From NCBI RefSeq assembly GCF_009914755.1, contig NC_060930.1: a DNA stretch of 64,000 nucleotides; one strand, 5' to 3'. Numbering within the stretch: the first letter of the stretch is position 1; each line of letters begins with the position of its first letter. The position numbers were made by a program, and so were the translations under genes. Of this stretch, positions 41,031 to 55,529 are shown piece by piece. The notes beneath the pieces are model-generated. The model was not told where the DNA came from and ran no database searches. It worked only from the letters and a program-made list of their open reading frames with translations. This DNA is from the human T2T-CHM13v2.0 reference genome, Homo sapiens.

Positions 41031-42941
41031 CTCACAAATTATCAATAAGGCAGGGGCTTTTCACTAATATTTATGTGTGAGACTTCTTACATACTCATGC
41101 AGCTTGTGAGATAAGCTGGCACAAAATAACAATCTTGTATAGGCATTTTGATCTAATTTGATCAGAGTTATTTATTTGAATATATAAAAATATGTAATTG
41201 ACAACACTGCATCAGGTAAATGTTATGGATATTATAGACACACAAATGATATATTGCAATCCGTTTCCCTTAAGAGATGTAGGTAATTTCGAAAGGGGCA
41301 AGAAACTGATGAGATCAAATGTGCGCTTCTAGATCAAATGCGTTTATATACAGCCCATTTGCTTTGGTGCAAGAGTTTGGATATTAATTTTAATAATAAG
41401 TTTAACCTTTGTTCATGTCTCAAACCATGCTAGGAAACAGTTCTACGTGTTTTATTTTATAATATAACTTAAAATTTTACTCCTGAACTTATTTCAATTT
41501 TGTGTCATTTCTGTACATTTGCCCAATGGCCTTCAGAAATTGGCATATTTACAGTGAATAAATGGATAAAATTTGGGTGATATTTTTCTAGGAGATGCAT
41601 AGTTTAGATTTAGTGACATTCAACTCAGATCAAATTATATGCTATAGTAGAATTCATGTATACAAATTATGTACAGTGACACAATTAACTTAGAATTGAA
41701 TGCTCATTATCCTGCTGTTTTGCTCCATTTTTGTCCATATGTCCAAAAAAAATCTAATATAAATGCAATTACTTTCCAGGAGGAAATAAATGTCAGCAAC
41801 TCAATAGTCAAAAAGGCAACAATCACAATGCTAGATGACCAAAGCAATAACTTTCTGAAGACAACAGGTAAACAATTAACCCTGAAGCAAGATCTTCAGA
41901 TTATTCAAGGAAATCTTAGATCAATGCAGAAGAGTTGCAGTGTGACTTTACAAAGTAAATACAAAAATATAAAATCATTCTTGTTTGTGCTGGCTATATG
42001 CTTTTATTAGCATCTATTCAGCCCCTCAATGTAATGACAATTACCTAATAGGCAAGTATCTCTTCCAAATTAAAAAAGAAAAGATAGGACTTAGGAAAGC
42101 CTATCTCCTAAGTCGATGTTATGAGTGTTCATTCTTCTATTTTTGTGATAATTAGATCTTTATTTGTTTACAGAGAAAGTGAATTCCTCCATAGGATAAT
42201 GGACCATTATTATATACATTTCTCAGTTTCCAACTGAAAAGAGATGCTAAACTCAATGACAAAACATGATAATGAATGTCAAAACTTTCCTAAATAGCTG
42301 AAACCACTTTGTAAAACTAAACTTTTATTTGTAATGATTACTAAAATTATAAAATAAACATACCTGCACACACAGGAGTCCATGACAGAGTTCCGTTTAG
42401 CAGCAAAAAGAACAGTCACTATAAGCAAAATATCAAGAGATTTTATATGCACTTGGCAGTAGTCTCGTAAGAAGATTTATTAGATCTATAAAATTTTAGA
42501 ACACAGGAGACTTTAGAATTTCTAGAATACAAGCTAATTATTTCATAGCCTAAAAAAGCAAAAGTACCACAAAAACACATACACAAAAACACAGTTGAGC
42601 ATAGCCATGACTTTTGAGATTAGATTGTAAAGTTAAGCCTCCAAAGATTACACAAATGCAGGGATAGACACTATGGCTCCTTTTATAGCCTTCTTTTCTG
42701 CTTCCATTTACATATAAAAATACATTAAATGTAATGCCTTTAGAATCTAACATATATTTCAAAATACACAAACAAACGTCAAAATAGGAAAAAAGTTGTG
42801 GAGTATAACTTTCCATTTCTGATCCAGAAAGAATAATTCTATACCCTCTTCAAAATAACACAAATTAGAATGTTTCAACTTAATGAATACAACTTCCTTT
42901 TCTAATACAAATATACTTAAAAGAATTGCAGTATATATTCA

Positions 42942-43862
42942 GAATGTAATACTATTCAGTCATAAGAAAAGGAAGTTCTGTCATTTGAGACAATATGGAT
43001 AAACCTGAATGACATTATGTTAAGTGAAATAAGGCAGGCACAGAAAAATAAATATCACATGATCTTATTCATGGAATCTAAATAAGCTAATCTCATAGAA
43101 GTAGAGAGTAGTATGGTGATTACCAGGAACTGGGAACGTGGTGGTGGAAAGATGTTGGCCAAATGATGCAGAATTTCAGTTAGATAGGAGATACAATTTC
43201 AAGAGATATATTCATGGTAACTGTAGTTAGCAATACATCATCTTGAAAAATGCTAAGAATGGATGTAAAAGTATTCTCATCACAAAAAAATGATAACAAG
43301 TGAGGTAAGGCATTGTTGTGCCAAACCCCTGTCAACTCCAGTGGGGATGGCAGTAGGTCCAAGGGACTGAAGAAGAGATCCATAGCAGCAAAGAGACATA
43401 GGGTTTTACTGAGGGGCTTATATACAGGGGAAAATGTCCAGTGGTGGTTGGCTGGGCAGGAAAACTCAACTGCTTGCAAAAAGCATGCAATTTATACAGC
43501 ATTTTTACTTAGCACCCCACCCCCACAAACAACCTCCACCTGGCAATCCTCATTCAACCCAAAACTCTGGGCTTTGATCCCCCTGTACAGCTTATGTTCC
43601 AGGGGAGGGGTCAGGGGTTCAGATGTTCCCTGTAGAAAAGGAACGAACCTCTAAGTGGGCCACTCTCAAATTTCCTATCTCAGGACACACATTCAGGTGT
43701 CTTCCATACAGGATCATTCTCAGGGTATGCTTAACTTATTGCTGTGAGGTGCATTGACCCTACATGGATGTATTAATTAGCTATATTTATTCATTCCATA
43801 ATGTATATACTCCATGATGTATACAATAAATACATACAATTTAATTTGTCAATTTAAAAAAA
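42942..43862 (+). mobile_element. L1MA (MA5-8-like) 3' end split by an LTR
   Basis: gacattatgttaagtgaaataaggcaggcacagaaa, tctcatagaagtagagagtag, tttcagttagatagga, ...tttgtcaatttaaaaaaa. Confidence 0.9.
43314..43764 (-). mobile_element. ERVL-class solo LTR (LTR32/LTR47-type)
   Basis: tgttgtgccaaacccct ... cattctcagggtatgcttaacttattgctgtgaggtgc...taca; TG..CA termini; degenerate 5-bp TSD ggcat/tggat. Confidence 0.75.
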
Positions 43863-44852
43863 TACGAATACAAATATTGGAGATAAAAAGAAGAAAAAGT
43901 ACTTTCCTCTACCTCTTCTCCTCTCGTTTCCATTTAATAGTAGAAACTACAGAAAGTGGCTAGTGGAGATATTGACCAGCCTGGCATCACTTCTGGATTC
44001 TATCAGTCACTATAAAATGTTGGTCCTGAAGTAATGGACTAAAGATCTCTGAAAATCCCCACCTAGGTCCAGAGGTGGGGGAATGGAGCACAGGGACCTG
44101 AAACAAGTCAGGATTTATGAACTCAACTTTAGAGATTGCTGTCTTGGAACAGACACTATCAGGACATTTTTTTTAACTTGTGATTCTTCCCTGTCTATCT
44201 GAAAGGCTGAGTTCTGTCACATCTGCAGTCATTTGGCCTTTACAAATTGAGTGACACGTTTTGTAGAGACCTGAATGGCATCCCCCAGTGTTTAAATAAT
44301 TAAGAGTTCTGCTTAATGACTTCCCAATTGTCCTTCAGAATTGTGTGTATTGTAGCTCGTGCTTCCTTGAAATAGGTTATAAAAATATGCTAGGTCATAT
44401 GAAAGTTAAACGCTCAGGAATTAAACCCACAAATAGCCCTGATAAAAAGCAGATTACTGTACATTCCTAATTTAAAATTAGATCATTATATCATTCATAA
44501 AGACTAAGTGACATTGTATTAGACTGAGTAATAGTATCTTTATCATTCATAATCATATTTTTGGATATGTGAAACATATGTGAAACAATAGCTTATGTTT
44601 TGAATATTTTGTCATTAGAAACTGATTTTATTTTATACGCATATTCTTCCACAGTAAAATGCTTGAGTGACATGCATTTATTAATCCATACAAAATAGAA
44701 GTTTTTCATTACGAAGAGTTGAATGTATTTTTATGGACCCTTATGTATTAAAATGTTATTTCACAGTAATACAAAAACTTGAAATTTAATGTTTTTCATA
44801 TATTCAGATTCCCTCGTTCATTATAATAGTAAATATATCACTTGTTAATTCA

Positions 44853-44925
44853 TATGATCTTCATGCTGTGAATAATATTTTGTGTTATGTGTCATGTGTT
44901 ATGATCTTCATGCTGTGAATAATAT
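44853..44925. repeat. Perfect 26-bp direct repeat with TGTGTYA x3 between the copies
   Basis: tatgatcttcatgctgtgaataatat at 44853-44878 and 44900-44925. Confidence 0.95.
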
Positions 44926-46585
44926 CTTGGGTTGTTTGGTGTACTTCCAGTTATTGTAAGACTAGGTATGTCAAGGCTAATGACTTACATTTTGGCTTGA
45001 GTAATTTCGAAACCTGTGCTTTCACAACCTGATTCACAAATTAAAGTAATAATATTTCTAAAGTAATTAGGATTTATTAAACTTTTACACAAAATTCAGT
45101 CTTATTAAAGTGTGATATGAAAACGAATATACTTTTAGTTAAAATTTAAATTTTCTTTAAAAAATCATAACTTAGAATGTTTGTTGAAACTGCGTATCAA
45201 TTTCTGCATTCCCCCACTCAACAAACTTAAATGTGACTAAAATCCAGATGCATATCCCAACATAAAATATTAGGGCTAAAACAAATTGAGGTCAGCAATA
45301 CCACTATCAAAAGGATCCACCTCTGATCATATTGTATGTCAAGGCTGTTACATTTCAGGCACAGAAGAGAGTAGAAGTCATATTTTAAAAATAATCAGTG
45401 AATAAAGCTACGCACCACTCTAGCAGGATACCAGGAAAGAACGTGACATTATTTGAATCAGAATATTCAGGATTCACTTTAAAATATATTTAATCTAGAG
45501 TATTTTAGAATAAACCTCTCTCAAAACACTGAGGTTATTTCTAAATAATATTATTATTACATTCAGTAACATTTCTCTGCTTATATCTTATGAAATATTG
45601 CATTTGTTGTACTACAGGTTTATGTTTTTATCTGGAAATTCGCAGACACTATACCATGAGATTTCCATGAAAAAATATTTGTCAGCCTGAATCCTTAGAG
45701 ATTACTATTAAAAAGATAATGTTGTGCCATGCATAATGTATATATGCAAGAAGTTTGGTTAATGAAATACACTGAGAAAGTAAAAAAAATAGACATATCT
45801 CTATGGTTTCTCAAGTCGTTTATATTAAGATTGAAACAGTGAATTAGATTACAGTCTCCTCTACTTTCATTTTCCACTCAATGAAAAAAATATTTAACTA
45901 AGAAACAATACTGTAAATGTAACTTTTACATTCTTTGTCATTTTTTAATACTGAAAGCATTATTTCATTCAATACCATGAAAAATAACTGTACAAGATTT
46001 ACTTTTGCTATTACTATGTAGGTTTCTATACTTCTATAGCTTTCACGAATATTTTGGTAGAATATCACATATTTATTTGATAATATCATCAGTATATAAT
46101 ATGATAAAATCTTAGACATGCTAAAAATAGCATGAGGAAATTTTACTGCTGCACTGGTATAATTCCAACAATCATATCCAAATTCAAGAGATGACAGCAA
46201 AGGAAACAGTGACAATAAAGATCACCCTTGAGAGTATTTAGAAGAAAATCCATTATCTATAAACCTAGACTGATAACAGCCATTAACCATAAGGGATGTA
46301 AACGTGCTCCTTGTCACTTTTCCAAAAGAGAAAATGAATTTACTGAAAAGATAAACTGTTACTGCCAGGTAAAGAAGACAGTCTTATCACTGACCTGATT
46401 AATCATTAACAAGTATTAAAAGACCAGTGTTCCAGGATGGTTTTCAGAAATACTGAATATTTTGTCTAAAATAAATTTAAGTAGATGTTACTTTGCATAA
46501 CAGTGAGGAAACATGCCTTATAAATAAACGGAAAATATCTCAAAAGGGAAAGCAATTTTTATATATTCAAAAGATAAAATGTTTT

Positions 46586-46751
46586 GGGAGGGAGATAAGG
46601 GATAAAAGACTATACACTGGGTACAGTGTACACTGCTCTGGTGATATGTGCACCAAAATCTCAGAAATCACCGCTAAAAAAACTTACTCCTGTAACCAAA
46701 CACCACTAAAACCAATTGAAATAAAAAAAGGAAAATAAAAAAAATAAAAAA
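46586..46751 (+). mobile_element. L1PB1/2 extreme 3' end
   Basis: agggataaaagacta...gggtacagtgtacactgctc...tgcaccaaaatctcagaaatcacc; TSD aaaagataaaatgt / aaaacagaaaatgt. Confidence 0.9.
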
Positions 46752-47274
46752 CAGAAAATGTATAATGTACACATTCATGCTTGAAAAGACAGATGAATAA
46801 ACCTTTCTTCTACAAACAAATGCTACAAATCTTGCTAATATTTATTGAAGTCACACTTTCTTTCTGACTTGTATGATTTTTGAGAACTACCTCAGTCGTA
46901 AGTTGGTCTTTTATTATTTCCTAGGGTTTTCTATCTATCTGAAGTCACGCTTCATTTTGGCATGTCCTTAGAAGAATATAGTCTGCCTGGACCCCTGTGT
47001 CATCTCATGTCAGTTCAGCACTTGGCCCTGGCAGGCATCTTGCTGTCATGTACCCTTCCACTTCTAGTAGATGTGAGTTGTTACAAGAGTCACTTATCTA
47101 TCACAGGCTGCTTTTCAGGCCCTTTGTTTAGATGATCATGTTGTGTCTTTTAAAGCTAATGTGAGTCCGGTTTATGATTCAGGCTTATGAAACAGCTTTG
47201 AAAACCAAATATGGAGAGTCAATTATTATTTTGTTTCTTTCTTGCTGAAACCAAACAGATTGTAAAACTGATCT

Positions 47275-47597
47275 GGCCAGGAATGGTGGCTCACGCCTGT
47301 AATTCCAGCGCTTTGGGAGGCCAAGGAAGGCAGATCACCTGAGTTCAGGAGTTCGAGACCAGCTTGACCAACACGGAGAAACCTGGTCTCTACTAAATAT
47401 ACAAAATTAGCCAGGCGTGGTGTGGGGCGTCTGTAATCCCAGCTACTCGGGAGGCTGAGGCAGGAAAATCGCTTGAACCCAGGAGGGTTGTGGTGAGCCA
47501 AGATCGCACCACTGCCCTTCAGCCTGGGCAAAAAGAGCAAAACTCTGTCCCACCCCCAAAACAAAACAAAACAAAACAAAACAAAAAAACCCTGAAC
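47275..47597 (+). mobile_element. AluSp-like, full length, (AAAAC)n tail
   Basis: gaccaacacggagaaacc and aagagcaaaactc diagnostics; perfect TSD AAACTGATCT at 47265-47274 and 47598-47607. Confidence 0.96.
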
Positions 47598-47899
47598 AAA
47601 CTGATCTTTCCTAACCGTCTGATCTACTGGAGGACAGCAACTATAGTTACACAATGAATTGCTTAAATTATATTGAAATAATAGTTATATCTCAAGCTGA
47701 ATAGAGCACAATTTCAACTACGTAGAGTAAAATTAAAACTTAACAATAAAAAATTAAGAAGGCAAAAATACACATTTCAAAGATGATGAAAAAAATGAAT
47801 AGATTAGCAACATATAAAAGCATACTGAGCTGAGCCTAAGAAAATGCATATTAAGTGCTCATGATATGTTCTTACACACTCAGAATATTTGAAAATAAG

Positions 47900-48580
47900 C
47901 AATCTTTTAATTCAAAACATTAGTGAGATATGAAACAAAAGAAATATGTACACATCACTGATGAGCCTGTAAATTGGTACCACTTACTTGCACGAAAATT
48001 TGACATTCTTTATTAAAGTTAAACAGGCTATAAGTCGCAAAAGCAATTTCACTTCTAGGTATATGAGATAAATCATCATATGTCTACCAGAAAGAGTATA
48101 TGATAACAAAATAAACAAACCAACTGGAAAAAACATATTACAAGGAAAAAGGATTGATGAATTGTGATTTACAATGGAATATTTATACTGTGGTAAAAAC
48201 TAATGAACTATGACTACATACATCAAGATAGATGAACCATTAAAATGCAATGTTCATTGTTTTAAAAAGCCTAAGAAAAATGCACACGGAATAATAGCAT
48301 TTACATAATGTTTAAATACAGGCAAAACTATAAAGAAAAGGAAGAAAATGATAATATCCAGAGTGATTTTTTTATTATCTGGATAAAAAAAGTTAACTCT
48401 GGATTATATATAGGGAAGATATCATATAAAAAGAGTACACAGGGCTCTCTAGACATGAAATATCCTTCTTCTTAAGCCAGATGAGGTACTTAAAATTTAC
48501 TGGTGCCAGTGTTGTTATTACTCATTGCTATTGAACCAATTTATTCATTTGATGTAAATTATACATTTTAAAAAAGTAAA
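47900..48580 (+). mobile_element. L1ME 3' fragment
   Basis: ctgtaaattggtaccact...agcaatttcacttctaggtatat...acaatggaata...aaatacaggcaaaacta. Confidence 0.65.
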
Positions 48581-49036
48581 GCTTAAAATAAAGCTTCAAA
48601 TATTCTAATAATTCAACTAATGTATATTAAGCACATAATATGTAGGAACGGTGGTAGATAATTTCATATAGTTACTCCCATTTATTGTTTTATCAATTTT
48701 ATTACAATGCCAATTATAATTTCAAATTTTAGTGAAACTGATAATAAAAGAAATAATTATACCACTGCTACTACACTACTATTATGCTAGTTTCTCTCTC
48801 TCTCTTTCCTTCTCTCTCTCTTTCCATGTATATATTCTGTGTATGTGTTACACTCTTAGAAGTTACAAAATGTAGATATTATTCCTTGCCCCTTATAAAT
48901 GAGGAAATTGATTCTCATCACATTGCTATTAAGCAATAAAGCTAGAAGTTGTACTTAGATATTTCTAAGGTCAATTTACAAATTACACTCACAGTCTTAC
49001 ACAATGCATCTTAATCATCAAAACAGAATTAATGTT

Positions 49037-49193
49037 GGCTGGGTGTGCTGGCATGCGTCTTTAGTCTCAGCCAGTTGAGAGATTGAGTCAGGAGGATCCC
49101 TTGAGCTCAGGAGTTCAATACCAGCCTGGGCAACATAGTGACATAGCAAGACTCTATCTCTACAAAAAATTAAAATTAAAATTAAAATTAAAT
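49037..49193 (+). mobile_element. FLAM_A-like Alu monomer
   Basis: ggctgggtgtgctggcatgcgtct...ggaggatcccttgagctcaggagttc...cctgggcaacatag; (TTAAAA)n tail. Confidence 0.85.
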
Positions 49194-49642
49194 CCAAAAA
49201 GTATAATTAATTTTGCTTTTGATACGTTGTTTTTTGAAGTAATTATAATTTGCTAAATAAGTCAGAAATAATTACTTATACCTCCCTTATACAGATGGAG
49301 AAAACAAAATCTGGCTTTCTCTGTCCCATGTTTCATAGCTTTTTATAGCTCGATAATTGCTCATTTTCACCTAGGACACTGAAAAAACTATTTTTTAATA
49401 ATTGCCATCTTCACAAGCTCATCCCTTATCATGAATTTTAAGGAAAAGTTGTTTATTTCTAAAACAGTTTACATTTATGACTGATACTGGGAATCAGTTT
49501 CAATAATTCTTTAGTTATTTCTGATTCACTATACACTACGGCCTAAAATTTTCAAAAACGTCTAAGATGAAGTCAGTGCCTATTGTGTTCAACCAATTAT
49601 CTCATGATGTGGTGAGATTTTAAACAAACACACAAACATATA

Positions 49643-49907
49643 TTTTTTTTTTTTTTTGAGATGGAGTTTTGCTCTTGTTGCCCAGGCTGGAGTGAAATGG
49701 TGCGATCTTTGCTTACCACAACCTCAGCCTCCCGAGTTGCTGGGATTACAGGTATGCGTCACCATGCCCGGCTAATTTTGTATTTTTAGTAGAGATGGCA
49801 GTTCTCCATGTTGGTCAGGCTAGTCTCGAACTCCTGACCCAAGGTGATCCACCCGCCTCGGCCTCCCAAAGTGCTGGCATTATAGGAGTGAGCCACCGCG
49901 CCAAGCC
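49643..49907 (-). mobile_element. AluSp-like with about 32-bp internal deletion
   Basis: gagttttgctcttgttgccc and ctccatgttggtcaggct diagnostics; aacctc joined directly to agcctcccgag; TSD acaaacata/acagacata. Confidence 0.95.
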
Positions 49908-51862
49908 ACAGACATAATTCTTTAAGGGAAGTACACTAGCCACCAAAAACACCCTTAAAAGTCCTTACTGTCCACTGTATTTATAAAATTATTTTACTAA
50001 ATGTTTCATTAACATTTTAGCCATTAAGAAAGGATGTATTTCTATTTAACAATAGCTAGGTTGATATCAACTCACCAATAATTTAATACTTTACACCAAT
50101 CCAGAGGAGTGTGTTTGAGGTTTTTTTCTGTTTGTTCTTCCTTTCTGGGCACATTTTTGAGTGATAGAACAATTTGAGGCTAGAAGAGATTATTTCAGGG
50201 GCTCTTGGTCTCACCATAAAAATCATAATGAAATGCAGTCATAGGCTTAAATCTCAAGAAGGTCAATTGCATACTGCAAACTTAGCGTTAAGTATATTAA
50301 TGTTGTGTGCATGGCTCTGCCAGAGACCTTGAATGAATTCTTTATATGATTATGATAAGTGTTTTTAATTATGAAAAATGATAGTATATTTGGTACATTT
50401 TCAAAGAATTACAGGAGTATTTTCTCCCTTAGGAGAAATCTCAATTGAAATATTGAATAAATAATAATAGGTAAATTATCAATCTTGAGTTAAGAAGGGT
50501 GAAAATTACACTCTCTGCCAAAAACAGTATAGGGTAATATATATGTATGTATATAATGTTTTATATAATACAATATCACATACAAAATACATCTATCCAT
50601 ACATATATTTACATATATAGAGACATATAATGAGAGGCTGCCTCTCATTATACATAATGATAATGTAGGAGGGGAATTAATGGTTATTGCATATGAAAAT
50701 ACAGATTGCACTGCATTGCTATTGCTAGACTTCCTATGGAAGTCTGTGCGAGCTTTGGTTGGTGCAGTATTTCTATGATAATACACCATAGTCCCAAGGG
50801 AAGTTAGAAAGAGAAATTTGGATGATGATGAAATAATCATGATAGAATGTATTTTTTAACCTGAAAAGGTTTATGGCTATAATTTAAATTATGTTTATAT
50901 TAGTCTCAGCAAAACACATGTAGAAATCATTATTATCTCCTTAGCACATTGTCTTCCCTAAAATAAGCCAGATTCAAGCAATAGATGATAAATCACATGT
51001 GGGATTTAGGCATGCTTTATTCCCCAAGAATACATCCAAAATGGTTTATTTTATTAACAGATCACCCACACTCTGCTAGCTAAAGAAATACTTTAAATTT
51101 AAGATATCATAATATGCATGGCCTTTTCATGGTAAATAAGGATGTTTTTAGTTAAGCTAAAGCAAAATGTAATGATAAGCAATATAAATTAGAATATTTT
51201 CAGTACATAATGGCTCTGTCAGAAATAGAAAATTTTAAAAATGGCCCATAAATTTAATATGGAAATTTTAAAAATTTCAATTTCCATTTGCCTTAACCTA
51301 CATTTGTCTGACTTCCATGTCTTCAAGAATACTATTAATTTACTAATAAGGCAAAGGAAACTTGCAGAAAGAAAAATGAAAAGAAAAACAAAACAGGATG
51401 AACCAACAGTAGAAAAGTATAATGACAAAACAGACATGTGAGGTGGTAAGAGCTTGGAGAAGAAGATTTTGTGAATATAATATAGTACATGAAAATCTTG
51501 CAGAATAAGAAATTTGAGGTTGGTTGTTTTATAAAGCATTTAAGCTAGATAGTCTTGGGTTTCTGATACCATAATTTATGCTTTTTTTTTTAGGCTCCCA
51601 CACCACCTCTTTTGAATTCCCAAGCTCTCCTTGGCAGCCATTCTGTTTCTCCCTCTCTTTCTCTCTCTCTTATTTTTCTCTTTCTTAGACCCCTTTGCAC
51701 AGTTGTAAAATTTGTTGGGAAGCTAAAGAGAGCCAAAGAGCTTTTGTTTATGCACATAATATCTATTGATAATTATTATTTAGAAATTAAAACTGAAACC
51801 TTTCCAAATATGCATATCTCAATCTATTTGAAATAACAATAAACACATTACATATTAACAAA

Positions 51863-53083
51863 AGCAATCCCACTTCTGGGAATATTTTCAAAGGAATTAA
51901 AATCAATACTTTAAAAGGATACTTGTACTCCCATGTTTATTGCAGCATTATTCAAAATAGCTATGCCATGGAATCAACCTGTGGCTATCACCCAATGAAT
52001 GAATAAGGAAAATGTGGTATGGTATGTGTACACAAAGGAATATTATTCAGCCTCAATAAAGAGGAAAAAAATCTATCATTTGCAACAACACAGATGAAAC
52101 TTATGATAGTTAATATTGAGTGTCAACTTGATTAGACTGAAGGATGCAAAGTATTTTTCCTGGTTGTGTTTGTGAGGGTGTTGCCAAAGGAGATTAACAT
52201 TTGAGTCACTGGACTGGGAGAGACAGACCCACTCTCAGTCTAGGTGGGCACCATTTAATCAGCTGCCAGCATGGCAAAAACACAGCAGGCAGAAGGTGGA
52301 AAAAGCAGACTTGCTGAGTCTTCCAGTTTTTGTCTTTCTTCTGTGCTGGATATTTCCTGTCCTTGAACATCAGACTCCAAGTTCTTCAGCTTTTGGACTC
52401 TTGGGCTTACACCATTGATCTGCTAGGGATCTCAGGCTTTCAGATACAGACTGAAGTCTGCACTGTTGGCTTCCCTACTTTTGAGGTTTTGGGACTCAGA
52501 TTGGCCTATTGTGGGACTTCACCTTGTGATTGTGTGAGTCAATACTCCTTAATAAACTCCCCTTCATATATACATCTATCCTGTTAGTTCTGCCCCTCTA
52601 GAGAACCCTGACTAATACAAACCTGAAGGACATTAGGCTAAGTGAAATAAGTCAGACAGAGAAAGACAAATACTACATGATCTAACTTATGTTTGGGATC
52701 TAAAAAGTGGAACTAGTAGAACTATAGAATGATAGTTGCCAGAGGTTAATTGGGAGGGAGAAGAAGGGAAGGGGAAACTTGTTGGTCAAAAAGTACCCAA
52801 AGTTTAAGAGAGACAAGAAAAATAGGTTTTTAGATCTTAATCACTTGCACAGCATAGTGACTATAGCCAGTAACAATGTATTATATATTTTAAAATAATT
52901 AAGAGAGCAAATTTCAAATGTCTCACTACAAAAATGGTATTTGATCTGTTGCACATGATTATTAGCTTGATTTATTATTCCATATTTGATACATGTGTCA
53001 CAAAAATCACATTATACCTCATTAAATATATACCACAATGAATTGTCAATCAAAATGATATTAATTAAAAGTATTTAATAAAA
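51863..53083 (+). mobile_element. L1MA 3' end nested in MER119 and split by MLT2A
   Basis: agcaatcccacttctgggaatat, catgtttattgcagcattattc, ggacattaggctaagtgaaataagtcagacagagaaagacaaa. Confidence 0.9.
52102..52619 (+). mobile_element. MLT2A solo LTR
   Basis: tatgatagttaatattgagtgtcaacttgattagactgaaggatgcaaagta ... ctagagaaccctgactaataca; TSD aaact/aacct. Confidence 0.93.
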
Positions 53084-54054
53084 AGTGGCAATATTTTCCA
53101 GAAAAAAAAGTTGACATTGTTTTCCATTTTTGCAGATTTCTGTGATGTCTGGCTTAATAGAAGACATCTGGAATCTTCTATTTGTTTCTGTATCTAATCT
53201 TTTGTGAATTAATATATCATGTAGTCTCCAGAAAACTCAACTGTACAGTCATGAGGGAATTAAAGTAAAAAAAGCTGAATAGTATCTTTATTATGATAAA
53301 AAGACTTTTGACCTTGCAAACCTTCTGTAAAATCTCAGGGAACCCCAGAGGTCTCCAAACTACATTTTAAGAACTTCTACCCCAGGAAACAAGTTTAGCA
53401 AAATATCCAACATTTGCTTCTCCACATTCATATCTTCCTTAAGGCACTTCTTGAGGACAGCTGAGATTACAAGAGAGTTGTTTCCTTTCCATCCAACTTT
53501 ATCTGAATTACAATAATCCAGACCTAAAGAGAAATGAAGCTCAGCCCTCATTATCAGATGGAAGAAGAGATTACAGAGAGTAAATAATCCAACCTATTGT
53601 TTCATCTAGGCACTAAATTCTACTACAAAGAGATTCTCTCTCAGCCAGATAAATTTAAGACTGTGGAAATTAGAAGATGCCAGTGTTTTTAAGCAAAAGC
53701 CCACTAAGGAAAGGATAACATATATTGGCAGATAGATGACAGCAGATAGGAAAAGCTGCAGTCTTTCAAACCAAAAGTAATTGATTAGTAACAGAATCAT
53801 CTGAGACTATGCTGATAGTAGAGAGGTAATTGTTATTTTCTCTATATATACATTAATGGAGACAATGGATCTTGTCATATAGCACTGAATACTAAATCAC
53901 TTCCCTGAAACACATTTAAGATCTAGTGAGAATGGCTTGAGAAAGTTGGGGTTCACTGAAGATTTAAGTAGTACAGATGAAAAGAGAATCATCACCATTG
54001 TTTAATTAGTTCTTCAATGGATGTTCATTGAGTGCCTACTTTGATTCAAGTACC

Positions 54055-54857
<803 letters not shown>

Positions 54858-54964
54858 CAATTCCCCTTGGTAGTTAGTTACTACAGAAAACTAAGTAACT
54901 CTTTTTTGCTCATGCTTTTAGAGAGAGGCCCAGAATGCCATTCCTAGATTCCACCTTAGTGGAA

Positions 54965-55025
54965 TAACTGGTTGTGTTCTAATAAAACTTCATTTACAAA
55001 GCAGGCAGAAGGTTAGATTTTGCAG
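54965..55025 (+). mobile_element. MER58-like fragment
   Basis: tggttgtgttctaataaaacttcatttacaaagcaggcag. Confidence 0.6.
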
Positions 55026-55529
55026 AAATGAATACACAGAAAGGAAACAAAATATTTAGTGGTCGTTAGGTGCAATCATTATTAGCACCAACCATGACTA
55101 CAACCCTAGTTTTCCAGGCTCTCACGCTCTAACTGGTAGGGAAATTATAATCATACATCGATCACTGATTCAGCTCCTCGACTACATCATCCAGGGCTGC
55201 ATCCTAACTGCAGAAGTGACCATATCTAAACACGTAATTCCTGTTCTATAATATCAACTACCCTGAAAGATAGAGTCATTGAAAATATCATGAATTCTTC
55301 ATTGACCTCTTATTTTAATTATTTTCATTTAACTCGGTTTCTTGCTCAAAAGGAATATTATATAAAATATGAGGGCATACCTAAGACATGTAGTAAGCTT
55401 GAAGTTATTTCAGAGAAAAAGCAAGTTGAGAGTGAAAATCTAAATAAAGACTGAGTTTCTGCCCCAATGTGAATAAATCACTCCTTTTATATCTAATATT
55501 TGTTTCTAATTTTATCTTTGGTTTATTAA

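Larger units (their letters stand above)
51682..53378 (-). mobile_element. MER119-like hAT-Charlie element split into 51682-51862 and 53085-53378
   Basis: gacccctttgcac...ccaaagagcttttgtttatg at left; atgtctggcttaatagaagaca...ttttgaccttgca...ccccagaggtctcc...ttttaagaac at right. Confidence 0.75.

Noticed and set aside
41669-42010. 113-aa ATG ORF in unique DNA
   Set aside because: No domain, splice context or codon signal; length compatible with chance.
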